DNA from: an uncultured Pseudomonadota bacterium | Lineage (GTDB): Bacteria; Oederibacteriota; Muellerivitia; Muellerivitales; Muellerivitaceae | Assembly: GCA_963836235.1 (NCBI GenBank) | Contig: CAWIIP010000002.1 | Coordinates: 1,632,001-1,696,000, forward strand | Direction: 5' to 3' | Length of the DNA: 64,000 bases | Shown here: piece by piece, positions 49,025-58,094 of the stretch | Position numbering within the stretch: the stretch's first letter is position 1 | How the letters are laid out: every line of letters starts with the position of its first letter | Notes under the pieces: generated by a model | Databases searched by the model: none | The model's input: the letters and a program-made list of their open reading frames with translations, nothing else | Told to the model about the DNA's origin: nothing | Program-made: the position numbers and the translations under genes

Positions 49025-50914
49025 ATGGATTTGAGCGATAACTATCAATCTTTTGAATACGACGTGCTGGTCATCGGGGCCGGCGGGGCGGGGCTTCGCG
49101 CCGCCATTGAGGCTTCGGCGGCGGGTTGCAAGACCGGGCTGGTCTGCAAGTCCCTCTTGGGCAAGGCCCATACGGTGATGGCCGAGGGGGGCATCGCGGC
49201 GGCGCTGGCCACGGTCGACTCGCGTGATTCCTGGCAGCAGCATTTCTGTGACAGCATGATCGGCGGCAATCTGGGCAATCATTGGCGTATGGCGCAAATC
49301 CACGCCCAACAGGCCCCCGACAGGGTTAGGGAACTGGAAACCTGGGGCGCGGTATTCGACCGGACCTCCGACGGCAAGGGCAACATCAACGTGCGCCATT
49401 TCGGCGGCCATACCTACAAACGCCTGGCCCATGTGGGCGACCGAACGGGGCTGGAATTGATCCGCACCCTGCAGGACAAAGGGGTCCATTCGGGTATCGA
49501 CGTCCATATGGAATGTACTATTTATTCCTTAATGAAGGACGGCGACAGGATTGCCGGGGCCTATGGCTATTTCCGCGAGACGGGAAGGCCGGTGCTCTTC
49601 AAGGCCAAATCTGTCATTGTCTCCACTGGCGGCATTGGAAAACTTTATTTCATCAATTCCAACTCCTGGGAATGCGCGGGGGACGGCTTCGGACTCTCCT
49701 ACCTGGCGGGGGCGGAACTGGCCGACATGGAATATATCCAGTTCCATCCCACCGGGATGGTCTGGCCCCCCTCCGTGCGCGGCCTTCTCATTACCGAGGG
49801 CGTGCGGGGCGAGGGCGGGGTTCTCAAAAACAACAAGGGCGAGCGGTTTATGTTCAAGTATATCCCCCCCAAGTATCAGGGTAAGTACGCGGAAACCGAG
49901 GAAGAAGCCAATGCCTGGTTCCAGAAAGTCGTCATTGAGGGCGTGAAGGAAGAAACAGTTAAGGAACGCAAACCCCCCGAGCTCATGAGCCGAGACGTGG
50001 TGGCGAGGGCCCTGTGGAATGAGATCAAGGAGGGGCGCGGAACTGAGCACGGCGGCGTCTACCTGGATATTGCTTCCCGCCGCACCCCCGAAGACATCAA
50101 GAAAAAGCTTCCCTCCATGTACCACCAGTTCAAGCAGCTGGCGGACGTGGATATCACCAAAGTGCCCATGGAAACGGGCCCGACCTGTCATTACATGATG
50201 GGCGGAGTGAAAGTGGACCCCGAAAGCCAAATGTCGAACGTACCAGGCCTCTTCGCGGCGGGCGAATGCTCGGCCGGGATGCACGGCTCCAACCGTCTAG
50301 GCGGGAACTCCCTATCTGACCTGGTGGTCTTCGGAAAGCTGGCGGGCGAGCACGCAGCCAACTACGCCAAAAAGTTGAAGGATTTCCCCAAAATCGACGA
50401 GTCCCAGTTGGCAGGCTTGAACAAGGAAATGAACCAGCCTTTCGAGAACCAGGAGGGAGAAGTTTCTTATAAAATCCTGGCCGATTTACAGCACATCATG
50501 GAAAAGGGCGCGGGCATGTTCCGGGAAGAACCCACCATGGACCAATGCCTGAAGGACCTGGAAGGCCTGAAGGAACGCGTCAAGAAGGTTTCCGCGGAGG
50601 GCAACCGCATGTTCAATCCCGGCTGGCACGTGGCGTTGGACTTACGCAACATGCTGGCAGTGGGAGAAGCCATCGTTCGAGCGGCCAAGGAACGCAAGGA
50701 ATCGCGTGGAGGTCACACCCGCACCGATTACACGGGCTACTCCAAGGAATTCGCGAAGAAGCGGGTGGTGGTGCGTCGGAAGGGTGACAAAATGGAAGTG
50801 GTGCGGGAGGATTTGCCCCAAATTCCCAAGGAACTGGAAGAAGAATTAGTTAATGCGCACCTCTTGAAGCCGGAAATTCTTCAACAGCTTCGCGGAGAAA
50901 CCGCATCGAAATGA
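49025..50914 (+). CDS. sdhA: Succinate dehydrogenase/fumarate reductase flavoprotein
   Basis: GAGGAG, KAHTVMAEGG, QFHPT, TEGVRGEGG, HYMMGG, HGSNRLGGNSL, ESRGGH. Confidence 0.94.
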   Translation: MDLSDNYQSFEYDVLVIGAGGAGLRAAIEASAAGCKTGLVCKSLLGKAHTVMAEGGIAAALATVDSRDSWQQHFCDSMIGGNLGNHWRMAQIHAQQAPDRVRELETWGAVFDRTSDGKGNINVRHFGGHTYKRLAHVGDRTGLELIRTLQDKGVHSGIDVHMECTIYSLMKDGDRIAGAYGYFRETGRPVLFKAKSVIVSTGGIGKLYFINSNSWECAGDGFGLSYLAGAELADMEYIQFHPTGMVWPPSVRGLLITEGVRGEGGVLKNNKGERFMFKYIPPKYQGKYAETEEEANAWFQKVVIEGVKEETVKERKPPELMSRDVVARALWNEIKEGRGTEHGGVYLDIASRRTPEDIKKKLPSMYHQFKQLADVDITKVPMETGPTCHYMMGGVKVDPESQMSNVPGLFAAGECSAGMHGSNRLGGNSLSDLVVFGKLAGEHAANYAKKLKDFPKIDESQLAGLNKEMNQPFENQEGEVSYKILADLQHIMEKGAGMFREEPTMDQCLKDLEGLKERVKKVSAEGNRMFNPGWHVALDLRNMLAVGEAIVRAAKERKESRGGHTRTDYTGYSKEFAKKRVVVRRKGDKMEVVREDLPQIPKELEEELVNAHLLKPEILQQLRGETASK

Positions 50915-50932
50915 AGATAAAGGATGGTTTAA

Positions 50933-51664
50933 ATGGGTAAAGTTCACATGAAGGTCTACCGGGGCAACTCGGAGGGCGGGGAACTGAGGGATTACCACGT
51001 CGAGGCCGAAGAGGGCATGGTGGTGCTGGACGTGGTCCATAAGATCCAGGCCACCCAATCCTCCGACTTGGCCTGCCGCTGGAATTGCAAGGCCGGCAAA
51101 TGCGGCTCCTGCTCGGCCGAAGTGAATGGCAAACCCCGCCTCATGTGCATGACCCGGATGAACGAATTCAAAGAGGGGGAAAGCATCACCATCACTCCCA
51201 TGAAGACCTTTCCTTTATTAAAAGACCTGGCGACGGATGTTTCCTGGAACTATCAAGTGAACAAGCGCATACCTCCCTTCACCCCGAAAGAGGGAGCCGA
51301 TTGGCATTGGGAGCAGGAAGACGTGGACCGGGTGCAGGAATTCCGCAAGTGTATCGAGTGCTTTCTCTGCCAGGATACATGCCATGTTTTGCGCGACCAT
51401 GACAAGATGGCAAAATTCGCGGGCCCACGTTTTTTCGTGCGTATCGCCAGCCTGGAAATGCATCCCATTGACGGTCTGGACCGCACGGAACTTTTGAAAA
51501 ATGAGCATGGCCTGGGTTTCTGCAACATCACTAAGTGCTGCACCGAGGTTTGTCCCGAATCCATCCACATCACGGACAACGCCATCATTCCTCTCAAGGA
51601 ACGTGTTGTGGACAAATACTACGATCCGCTTAAGATTTTGTGGAGCAAGATCACGGGTAAGTAA
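50933..51664 (+). CDS. sdhB: Succinate dehydrogenase/fumarate reductase iron-sulfur subunit
   Basis: CKAGKCGSC, CIECFLCQDTC, CNITKCCTEVCP. Confidence 0.94.
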   Translation: MGKVHMKVYRGNSEGGELRDYHVEAEEGMVVLDVVHKIQATQSSDLACRWNCKAGKCGSCSAEVNGKPRLMCMTRMNEFKEGESITITPMKTFPLLKDLATDVSWNYQVNKRIPPFTPKEGADWHWEQEDVDRVQEFRKCIECFLCQDTCHVLRDHDKMAKFAGPRFFVRIASLEMHPIDGLDRTELLKNEHGLGFCNITKCCTEVCPESIHITDNAIIPLKERVVDKYYDPLKILWSKITGK

Positions 51665-51939
51665 TGTCCGATCTCGAGGCGGCCGTCCGCTGGCGGCCCT
51701 GGTCTATCGCCATCGTTCTGGCCATTTTCATTTCGCTTTATGCTCTCAACCAGTTCGGCCTTTTTTCCATTAATAACACCACATGGTTCGGCTGTGGGGC
51801 TTTAACTTTATCCGTAGTCTGGAATATTTACGTGATCAAATTGGCCCGATCACGGTCAAAGCTCGGCTGGAATGGGGAAATCGCCGATGGCCTGCTTCTC
51901 ACGGGTTTAATCATCGTTTTTTTTGGGGCATTTTTTTAA
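51664..51939 (+). CDS. Small three-helix membrane protein coupled to sdhB
   Basis: TAATG overlap; three hydrophobic segments. Confidence 0.65.
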   Translation: MSDLEAAVRWRPWSIAIVLAIFISLYALNQFGLFSINNTTWFGCGALTLSVVWNIYVIKLARSRSKLGWNGEIADGLLLTGLIIVFFGAFF

Positions 51940-52107
51940 CTCCTGAAATTGCCGCTTATCCGGGATTTACGTTCAACTTTACAGGCCATTTTCCATCACT
52001 TTTAACCACATGGGTCATTCTATGTAATATTGGCGAAACAACCAAACGACATAGTCCTCCGGCTACGTTGAGAGTTTATCTTTTATATCTCATATCGGAG
52101 GCCATTC

Positions 52108-53601
52108 ATGGAAGTTTTCGGGCAAATGTTATCGCTGGAACATGTCGTGTTTCTTTTGCTGGCGCTGGGGCTGGCTCTGTCATTTGAGTTCGTAAATGGA
52201 TTCCACGATACGGCCAACGCGGTGGCTACCGTTATTTACACCCATGCCCTCAAACCCTGGATCGCGGTGGTTTGGTCCGGCTTGTGGAACCTGACCGGGG
52301 TTTTGACCTCCAGCGGGATGGTGGCCTTCGGTGTCATCTCCCTTTTACCCGTCGAATTGGTCATTCACGTGGGTTCGGGCCCCGGTTTCGCCATGGTTTT
52401 CTCGCTTTTGATTTCGGCCATCATTTGGAACGTCGGAACCTGGTATTTTGGTCTCCCGGCTTCCAGCTCCCATACCCTCTTCGGCTCCATCATGGGGGTC
52501 GGCTTGGCCAACGCCATGATGTCCCCGGGCCACGTTTTCGGGGAGGGCGTCAATTGGGCCAAGGCCAAGGACATCGGCATGGCACTTTTGCTCTCACCCA
52601 TCATCGGTTTTGTCTGCGCGGGCCTGCTTCTCCTTATTATGAAAGCCCTTGTCAAACGAAAAGACCTTTACGAATCCCCTGAGAAGGATAAGGCGCCTCC
52701 CCTTTGGATTCGGGGATTGCTGGTTCTTACCTGCACGGGCGTCAGCTTTGCCCATGGTTCCAACGACGGCCAAAAGGGCATGGGACTCATCATGTTGATC
52801 CTGATCGGCATTGTACCGGGTACTTTCGCGGTGGACTTAAGCGCCAGCGAGAAGGCTCTTCAGGAGCTTTCGGCCACCACCCAAACCATTTCCTTCCAGA
52901 TGGACAAGCACTCACCGGGAGCGGCAATGGGAGGCGGCCCGGTGGCGGACCAGTATATTTCCGACTACTTGAAACCATCAGGAAAGGCCGCCACAGACAC
53001 TTTCGCGGCCATTGGCACCAAGTGCCGTGAGATTTCAGCAGAATTAGAAGGCCATAAAAGCTTGAATGAATTGAGCGACGACCAACGCCGTACCCTGCGC
53101 AACGACCTTTACCTAACTTCGGAAGCCCTTGGAAAGGCCACCAAACAGAATTTGATTACTGACGCGGATGAAAAGAAATCGGCGGTGGATTTGAAAAAGC
53201 ACATGGACAAACTCACCAAGTTCATTCCCCTCTGGGTAAAAATCGTGGTGGCCTTGGCTTTGGGCTTGGGAACCATGATCGGCTGGAAGCGTGTCGTGAC
53301 GACCGTGGGAGAGAAAATCGGAAAATCCCACATGTCCTACGCACAGGGAGCCGCGGCTGAAATGGTGACTTTCGCCACTATCGAAGCAGCGGATATTTTT
53401 GGCCTGCCGGTCAGCACAACCCATATTCTTTCTTCTGGAGTTGCCGGAGCCATGGCGGCCAACCGTTCCGGACTTCAGATGCAAACGCTCCGAAATATAT
53501 TACTGGCTTGGGTATTAACCCTTCCGGTCTGCGTACTTTTGGGCGCTGGGATCTTCGCCTTTATCCTGAACGTGGTCTTGAACACTCTTGGGGTAAAATA
53601 A
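52108..53601 (+). CDS. pit: Inorganic phosphate transporter (PiT family)
   Basis: NGFHDTANAVAT, PASSSH, FAHGSNDGQKGMG, PVSTTH. Confidence 0.93.
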   Translation: MEVFGQMLSLEHVVFLLLALGLALSFEFVNGFHDTANAVATVIYTHALKPWIAVVWSGLWNLTGVLTSSGMVAFGVISLLPVELVIHVGSGPGFAMVFSLLISAIIWNVGTWYFGLPASSSHTLFGSIMGVGLANAMMSPGHVFGEGVNWAKAKDIGMALLLSPIIGFVCAGLLLLIMKALVKRKDLYESPEKDKAPPLWIRGLLVLTCTGVSFAHGSNDGQKGMGLIMLILIGIVPGTFAVDLSASEKALQELSATTQTISFQMDKHSPGAAMGGGPVADQYISDYLKPSGKAATDTFAAIGTKCREISAELEGHKSLNELSDDQRRTLRNDLYLTSEALGKATKQNLITDADEKKSAVDLKKHMDKLTKFIPLWVKIVVALALGLGTMIGWKRVVTTVGEKIGKSHMSYAQGAAAEMVTFATIEAADIFGLPVSTTHILSSGVAGAMAANRSGLQMQTLRNILLAWVLTLPVCVLLGAGIFAFILNVVLNTLGVK

Positions 53602-53709
53602 GGTCAAAATCAAAAATTGAACCGACACAATAAAAAAAGCGGGGGGTGGAAAATCCCCCGCCAATCCCAACCGGGCGTGGGGAAGAGAATTTACAATTTC
53701 ATTTCCCTT

Positions 53710-53964
53710 GTGGAACAACTGCCCTACGGGGCCAGCCTGATGCAGGAAAAGAAAGTGGCCCGAGTTGCCATGGGGAGCGGGCTCCTCACGATGGCGGTGG
53801 GGGCCTCCATCTTCGCATTTGGTTGGGGATTAAAAATAACTTGGCTGGTTGAAACCGCCTTCTTTATCACCCTGATTGGTTGGATGATACTGATCATTGG
53901 CTTTGCTTTTTGGGTGGTTTCTTCCTTTGCCAAAAGATTTCCCCCAAAACCCCATAAGTCTTAA
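53710..53964 (+). CDS. Small membrane protein (start uncertain)
   Basis: Two hydrophobic helices; possible starts at 53617, 53710 and 53740. Confidence 0.5.
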   Translation: MEQLPYGASLMQEKKVARVAMGSGLLTMAVGASIFAFGWGLKITWLVETAFFITLIGWMILIIGFAFWVVSSFAKRFPPKPHKS

Positions 53965-54095
53965 AAATGATTCCACATCTAAAATTGGTCAAAAAGGATC
54001 GTTTCACCAATTTTGCTCTTCTTTTTTTGGATTTTTTGGCGAGTTTAAGAATACCCTCATGCCTTAAACCCTTTAGAATCAATCAAAATTCCGCC

Positions 54096-54127
54096 TTGAC
54101 TCTAAAGCATACTCCAGCATTTATACT
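54096..54127 (+). promoter_or_regulatory. MerR-family (ZntR/CadR-like) long-spacer promoter
   Basis: TTGACT-20 bp-TATACT with an imperfect dyad CTAAAG-cata-CTCCAG in the spacer. Confidence 0.7.
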
Positions 54128-54232
54128 TACCCCGGAGTTCAAAATGAAAACCACTAAAACGATTCTGTAAATTGGACCAGTTTCCAATTTTGGGCGGTTG
54201 GTCGAGAAAGAAAAAGAATTAAGGAGAATATC

Positions 54233-54688
54233 ATGGCATCAAAAGTCCTGATTTTATGTACCAAGAATTCCTGCCGGTCGCAGATGGCCGAAGGCGTGTT
54301 GAAACATTACGGGGGTGATAAGTTCATTGTGGAAAGCGCGGGCCTTGAACCAACGCATGTCAACAAGAATGCCATAAAGGTCATGAAGGAAATAGGAATC
54401 GACATTTCCAAACAAAAAGCAAAGGATGTTACGGATTTCCTGGGCGATTACTTTGGATACATTATTACGGTTTGTTCCGATGCTGATATAAGGTGCCCAA
54501 TTTTTCCAGGAGTTTCACAGCGTTTGTACTGGCCTTTTGATGATCCACCTCAAACCGAGGAGGAGTCCCCGGAAATATTGGCTGAATTCCGAAAAGTCCG
54601 TGATGAGATTCACGCCAGGTTCAAAGAAGTTGCGGAAAAAGGGTTCATTCCTTTTATAAGAAAAAGTGCTAAAAACAGAGGTCAATAA
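54233..54688 (+). CDS. arsC: Thioredoxin-coupled arsenate reductase (LMW-PTPase fold)
   Basis: CTKNSCRSQMAEG P-loop, ITVC...CP, WPFDDP, FRKVRDEI. Confidence 0.9.
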   Translation: MASKVLILCTKNSCRSQMAEGVLKHYGGDKFIVESAGLEPTHVNKNAIKVMKEIGIDISKQKAKDVTDFLGDYFGYIITVCSDADIRCPIFPGVSQRLYWPFDDPPQTEEESPEILAEFRKVRDEIHARFKEVAEKGFIPFIRKSAKNRGQ

Positions 54689-54802
54689 AATGAGAGCTCG
54701 CGTCTCGATTAACGACCGAAAAGTTTCAAAAGGCAATGAATTAGTTAACTCTTAACTATTAAGCTATCACTTAATAATATTCCTTGAGGGATCGGTAATC
54801 GC

Positions 54803-56107
54803 TTAGGGCGCCGTGTTGGATCTTTGGATCGAAATGCTCTTCAGCGCCTTGCCGTTTTCGAAAAACACCACGAAGTATTGGCCGGCGGGCATATCCCGTC
54901 CTTGAGAGTCTTTTCCGTCCCATTCCACCCAGGCGTCGGTCTCTGAAACAATCCGCCGGTTATAAACCACTTTTACCACTTTGGCCCGGGTATCCACAAC
55001 TTCCAACTGGTACAACCCGGGTCCATCGGCGAAGGTGATATAGATTTCGGCGGGGGAGGAGCCGAACACAATGTTGTGGTCTTTATCCAAATTGGGAAGC
55101 CATGAAGCGGCCACCGGGGCGGCGGCTTTCGGAGCCATTCCCGGCAAGGGGGTCCAAGTCCGGATGGGTAAGGGTTTGGGCGGCAAGGTTTGAATCCAGA
55201 CGGGAGTAGGCGTGGGGCGAATTCTGGCGGAAAGGACAGGAAGCTTTTCCAAAGGCCGGGGTTGAAGTCTGGGAAGGGGTTGGGAAACGAAGACGGGTTT
55301 TAGAACCGGAGTCAACCAGGGGCGTGGGACGAAAGTAGGGGTCGAAGTCGGCCAGGGAGTAAAGGTTAGGATACGGGTCCAAGTGTTAGTGGGGATGGCG
55401 GTAGGCCAAGGTGTCCTGGTGGGAGTGGGAGTTAAATAGATGATCGGAGTCGCCGTAGCGATATAGGAAGGTAAAAAAGCTATCTGGCGCCAGTAAAGGA
55501 CGCCACAACCATTATAGGGACCGGCACCCAGGGCCGATGCGTTATGGGAAACAAAATGAAGCGTGGCGCCGGGAAGATCGCTATTTATTTGGACGGCGGT
55601 TCCGGTATCCGCGGTGACGATAACGGCCGGCAGGGTGAAGAGATTTGAGGCCGGATTGTACTGTGAATCCATCCAGTTACGGCCCTGGGAGTCCGAGAGG
55701 GGAGGCGATCCCTGAGCGCAATTGGAACCTCCTGTAGGGTCCCAATAAAGGGCGGGAGGGGCTTTGACGTTCTCTTCGTTGTTCACGATGAAGGTGGCGC
55801 CTTGGCAATCCACCTCCAATTCCCAGGAACTATAAACCATCGGGGGGTTGAGCGTGGTGGTTTTCAAGGCTAGGCAAACACGGGGGTTTTGAAGCAGGTT
55901 TAAGGGAACCGAGAGGCAAAGATTGGATCCATCACAGCCCTCGGAAGAAGCGCAGTATTCCTTGGACCCCACATAAGAACCATTCACCCAGACTTGAGTG
56001 GTATCGTCTCCCGACACACAAATTTTTGCGGAAACCGGCAGGCATTGGGGGAAAAGGGATAGGGGGAATCCCGCCGTTAGTGCCAGGATCAATAATGCTT
56101 TTTTCAT
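54803..56107 (-). CDS. Secreted Cys-rich domain + Pro/Thr linker + FlgD-Ig/T9SS-like C-terminal domain protein
   Basis: Signal peptide; SGDD...VWVNG; PT repeats; WDGKDSQGRDMPAGQYFVV. Confidence 0.78.
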   Translation of the reverse strand: MKKALLILALTAGFPLSLFPQCLPVSAKICVSGDDTTQVWVNGSYVGSKEYCASSEGCDGSNLCLSVPLNLLQNPRVCLALKTTTLNPPMVYSSWELEVDCQGATFIVNNEENVKAPPALYWDPTGGSNCAQGSPPLSDSQGRNWMDSQYNPASNLFTLPAVIVTADTGTAVQINSDLPGATLHFVSHNASALGAGPYNGCGVLYWRQIAFLPSYIATATPIIYLTPTPTRTPWPTAIPTNTWTRILTFTPWPTSTPTFVPRPWLTPVLKPVFVSQPLPRLQPRPLEKLPVLSARIRPTPTPVWIQTLPPKPLPIRTWTPLPGMAPKAAAPVAASWLPNLDKDHNIVFGSSPAEIYITFADGPGLYQLEVVDTRAKVVKVVYNRRIVSETDAWVEWDGKDSQGRDMPAGQYFVVFFENGKALKSISIQRSNTAP

Positions 56108-56220
56108 CCGAAGTGAAACCTCTTTTTAGATTATCGCAGGTTCAAGAGGGACATTTTAACCACTTTAAAGCGGGGGTGATATAATTCAGTACCCTCACAA
56201 ATTCCAATGGAAGGTTTGCA

Positions 56221-56443
56221 GTGAAAAAGACCCTCTTCATTTGTTTGATGCTCGGCGGGATGGGGCTTCTGCTGTTCCAACAGTCCTGCAATGTCAATAA
56301 TAACAATCCCACCTTGCCACTGCCGGTTCCAACCAGCCACTCCAACGGGAACTCCCACCAATACTCCCACTATTACCGATACTCCCAAGCCGACCCATAC
56401 TCCAACCATGACGCCTACCCCCACCCCAACCGCTACGCCCTAA
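56221..56443 (+). CDS. Small Pro/Thr-repeat lipoprotein with a +1 frameshift at ~56335
   Basis: Lipoprotein signal (QQSC), then PLPVP; the PT repeat ATPTGTPTNTPT...TATP* continues in the +1 frame to TAA 56441-56443. Confidence 0.6.
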
Positions 56444-56449
56444 TCGAAT

Positions 56450-56857
56450 ATGGCGGGCTATTCGGGTACACCCCTGATCCAAAAATTAGGCCTCAAAATC
56501 GGCCAACAAATGATGGTTCTTAACGCGCCGAAAAACTATTTCCAGCAGTTAGGCGGGCTTCCCAAGGACGTCAAGATTGTTTCCAGTCCTCAAACCCCAG
56601 TGGATTTCATCCATTTTTTCGCCCAGGACCGGAAAGATTATGAAAAGCGGCTTCCGGGGCTCAAGAAAAAATTAGCCCAGGACGGCATGATCTGGGTGTC
56701 ATGGCCCAAAGCCGCCTCCAAAGTCCCTACGGATGTGACGGAAAAGGTAGTCCGGGATACGGGATTAAAAAATGGGCTGGTAGACGTAAAGATTTGCGCG
56801 GTAGACGAAACCTGGTCGGGATTGAAGATGGTCATTCCCGTCAAAAAGAGGAAATAA
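56450..56857 (+). CDS. DUF3052-family protein
   Basis: MAGYSGTPL..KLG, WVSWPK, GLVDVKICAVDETWSGLK. Confidence 0.85.
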   Translation: MAGYSGTPLIQKLGLKIGQQMMVLNAPKNYFQQLGGLPKDVKIVSSPQTPVDFIHFFAQDRKDYEKRLPGLKKKLAQDGMIWVSWPKAASKVPTDVTEKVVRDTGLKNGLVDVKICAVDETWSGLKMVIPVKKRK

Positions 56858-56858
56858 A

Positions 56859-57695
56859 GTGCCGACCATTGTCCGTTGCGCCAGCGCCGAAGCATTTCTC
56901 GAAAAAGCCGGGAATTGGCTCGCCCAAAAAGAAGTTCAGAACAATGGCTGCCTAATTGTCGCTTCCAACCTAATCCCCAAGCCGGCATCGGAGCGCCCGG
57001 AACATTATTTCTGGGTGATCGAGCAGGAGGAGACTGTCGTCGGGACGGCTTTTTGGACTCCACCCTATAAGTTCACCGTGAGCGACATGGACAAGGAATC
57101 CCTCATGGCCCTTGCCAACGCCGTTCGGGACAGCCATCCCCATATACCCGGGGTGGGAGGACCCAAAGAACCGGCTAAACATTTTTCCCATTTTTGGAAC
57201 TTGAAAACCCAAAAATCACCGTTGTTGGAGCATTCCATGCGGATTTATCAAGTGGAAAAAATTATAAGCGTACCAATGAGTCCCGGAACCCTTCAAAAAG
57301 CACAGGAAAAAAACATGGGTCTTCTCACGGAATGGCTCCTTCAATTTCACGACGAAATCAGTATTTCGGAGGAAGTGGACGAGAAGAAGATGGTCGAAAA
57401 TTATATTCGTGAACAAAGGATGTTTGTCTGGGAAGACGAGGGATACCGGGCCATGGCGGCCTACGCCGGAAGCACGCTGAACGGAGTCCGGGTGAATATG
57501 GTCTATACGCCGCCGGAATTCAGGGGAAAAGGTTATGCCACCTCCCTGGTGGCAACTTTAAGTCAAAGCCTTTTGGATTCGGGCAAAAAGTTTTGCTGTC
57601 TTTACACCGATCTTTTAAACCCCACTTCCAACAGTATCTATCAGAAGATTGGGTACCAGCCAGTCTGCGATTGGAATGTTTATAAGTTTAAGTGA
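56859..57695 (+). CDS. GNAT-family acetyltransferase
   Basis: VYTPPEFRGKGYA, LYTDLLNPTSNSIYQKIGY. Confidence 0.9.
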   Translation: MPTIVRCASAEAFLEKAGNWLAQKEVQNNGCLIVASNLIPKPASERPEHYFWVIEQEETVVGTAFWTPPYKFTVSDMDKESLMALANAVRDSHPHIPGVGGPKEPAKHFSHFWNLKTQKSPLLEHSMRIYQVEKIISVPMSPGTLQKAQEKNMGLLTEWLLQFHDEISISEEVDEKKMVENYIREQRMFVWEDEGYRAMAAYAGSTLNGVRVNMVYTPPEFRGKGYATSLVATLSQSLLDSGKKFCCLYTDLLNPTSNSIYQKIGYQPVCDWNVYKFK

Positions 57696-57707
57696 TTCCC
57701 GAAGCTT

Positions 57708-57810
57708 ATACCCAAACGTCTTGCGGTGTTTGGGTATTATTTTTTGATAATGGAGATTATTTTCGTTTTTACAAAAAATTACACCCAACCGTCTGACGGC
57801 AGTTGGGTGT
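57708..57810 (+). terminator. Two related 30-nt hairpins (tandem terminators) after the GNAT gene
   Basis: atacccaaacgtcttgcggtgtttgggtat and acacccaaccgtctgacggcagttgggtgt, each followed by a T-rich tract. Confidence 0.65.
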
Positions 57811-57849
57811 TTTTATTTGGAAATAGTAATTTATTTAGGGGTTACAAAT

Positions 57850-57940
57850 AAAAAAGGCCGCACGCTCCGGAATTCCGGAGATCAGGGGCTCACCCAACTG
57901 TTTGTGATAGTGGCCCGGTTTCTGATGGACGGTGCGACCT
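57850..57940 (-). ncRNA. Candidate ~90-nt structured small RNA
   Basis: Closing stem ggtcgcac/gtgcggcc followed by T6, two inner stems, and an upstream TTGAGA-17-AAAGAT; lies between convergent genes. Confidence 0.45.
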
Positions 57941-58094
57941 AGAGTTATCTTTCTCCAAAGGCTTTTCCTTCTCAAGAAAAATTTCGGTAAATAATAAAAT
58001 TGCGACGCATAAAACAAGCCACCGCCCTGTGGATAAGTCCGTAAAAGTAAAATATTTGGGTAAGGTTTTAAATACTGGATGGCTTATTTTAGTG

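Noticed and set aside
51966-52007. Pho-box-like TTTACA repeats upstream of pit
   Set aside because: Degenerate and spaced 12 bp rather than the usual 11 bp; too weak to call.
57708-57900. Possible mini-CRISPR (30-nt palindromes with a 43-nt spacer)
   Set aside because: Only two divergent units and no cas genes; T tracts fit terminators.
57850-57940. Hammerhead, TPP or ZTP riboswitch identity for the structured RNA
   Set aside because: It has CUGAU but lacks CUGAUGA and a correctly placed GAAA. It also lacks the TPP CUGAGA and the ZTP GACUGGCG motifs, and no gene lies downstream.
58028-58036. Perfect DnaA box (TTATCCACA on the minus strand) as a sign of oriC
   Set aside because: Single box, with no cluster and no dnaA, dnaN or gidA context.
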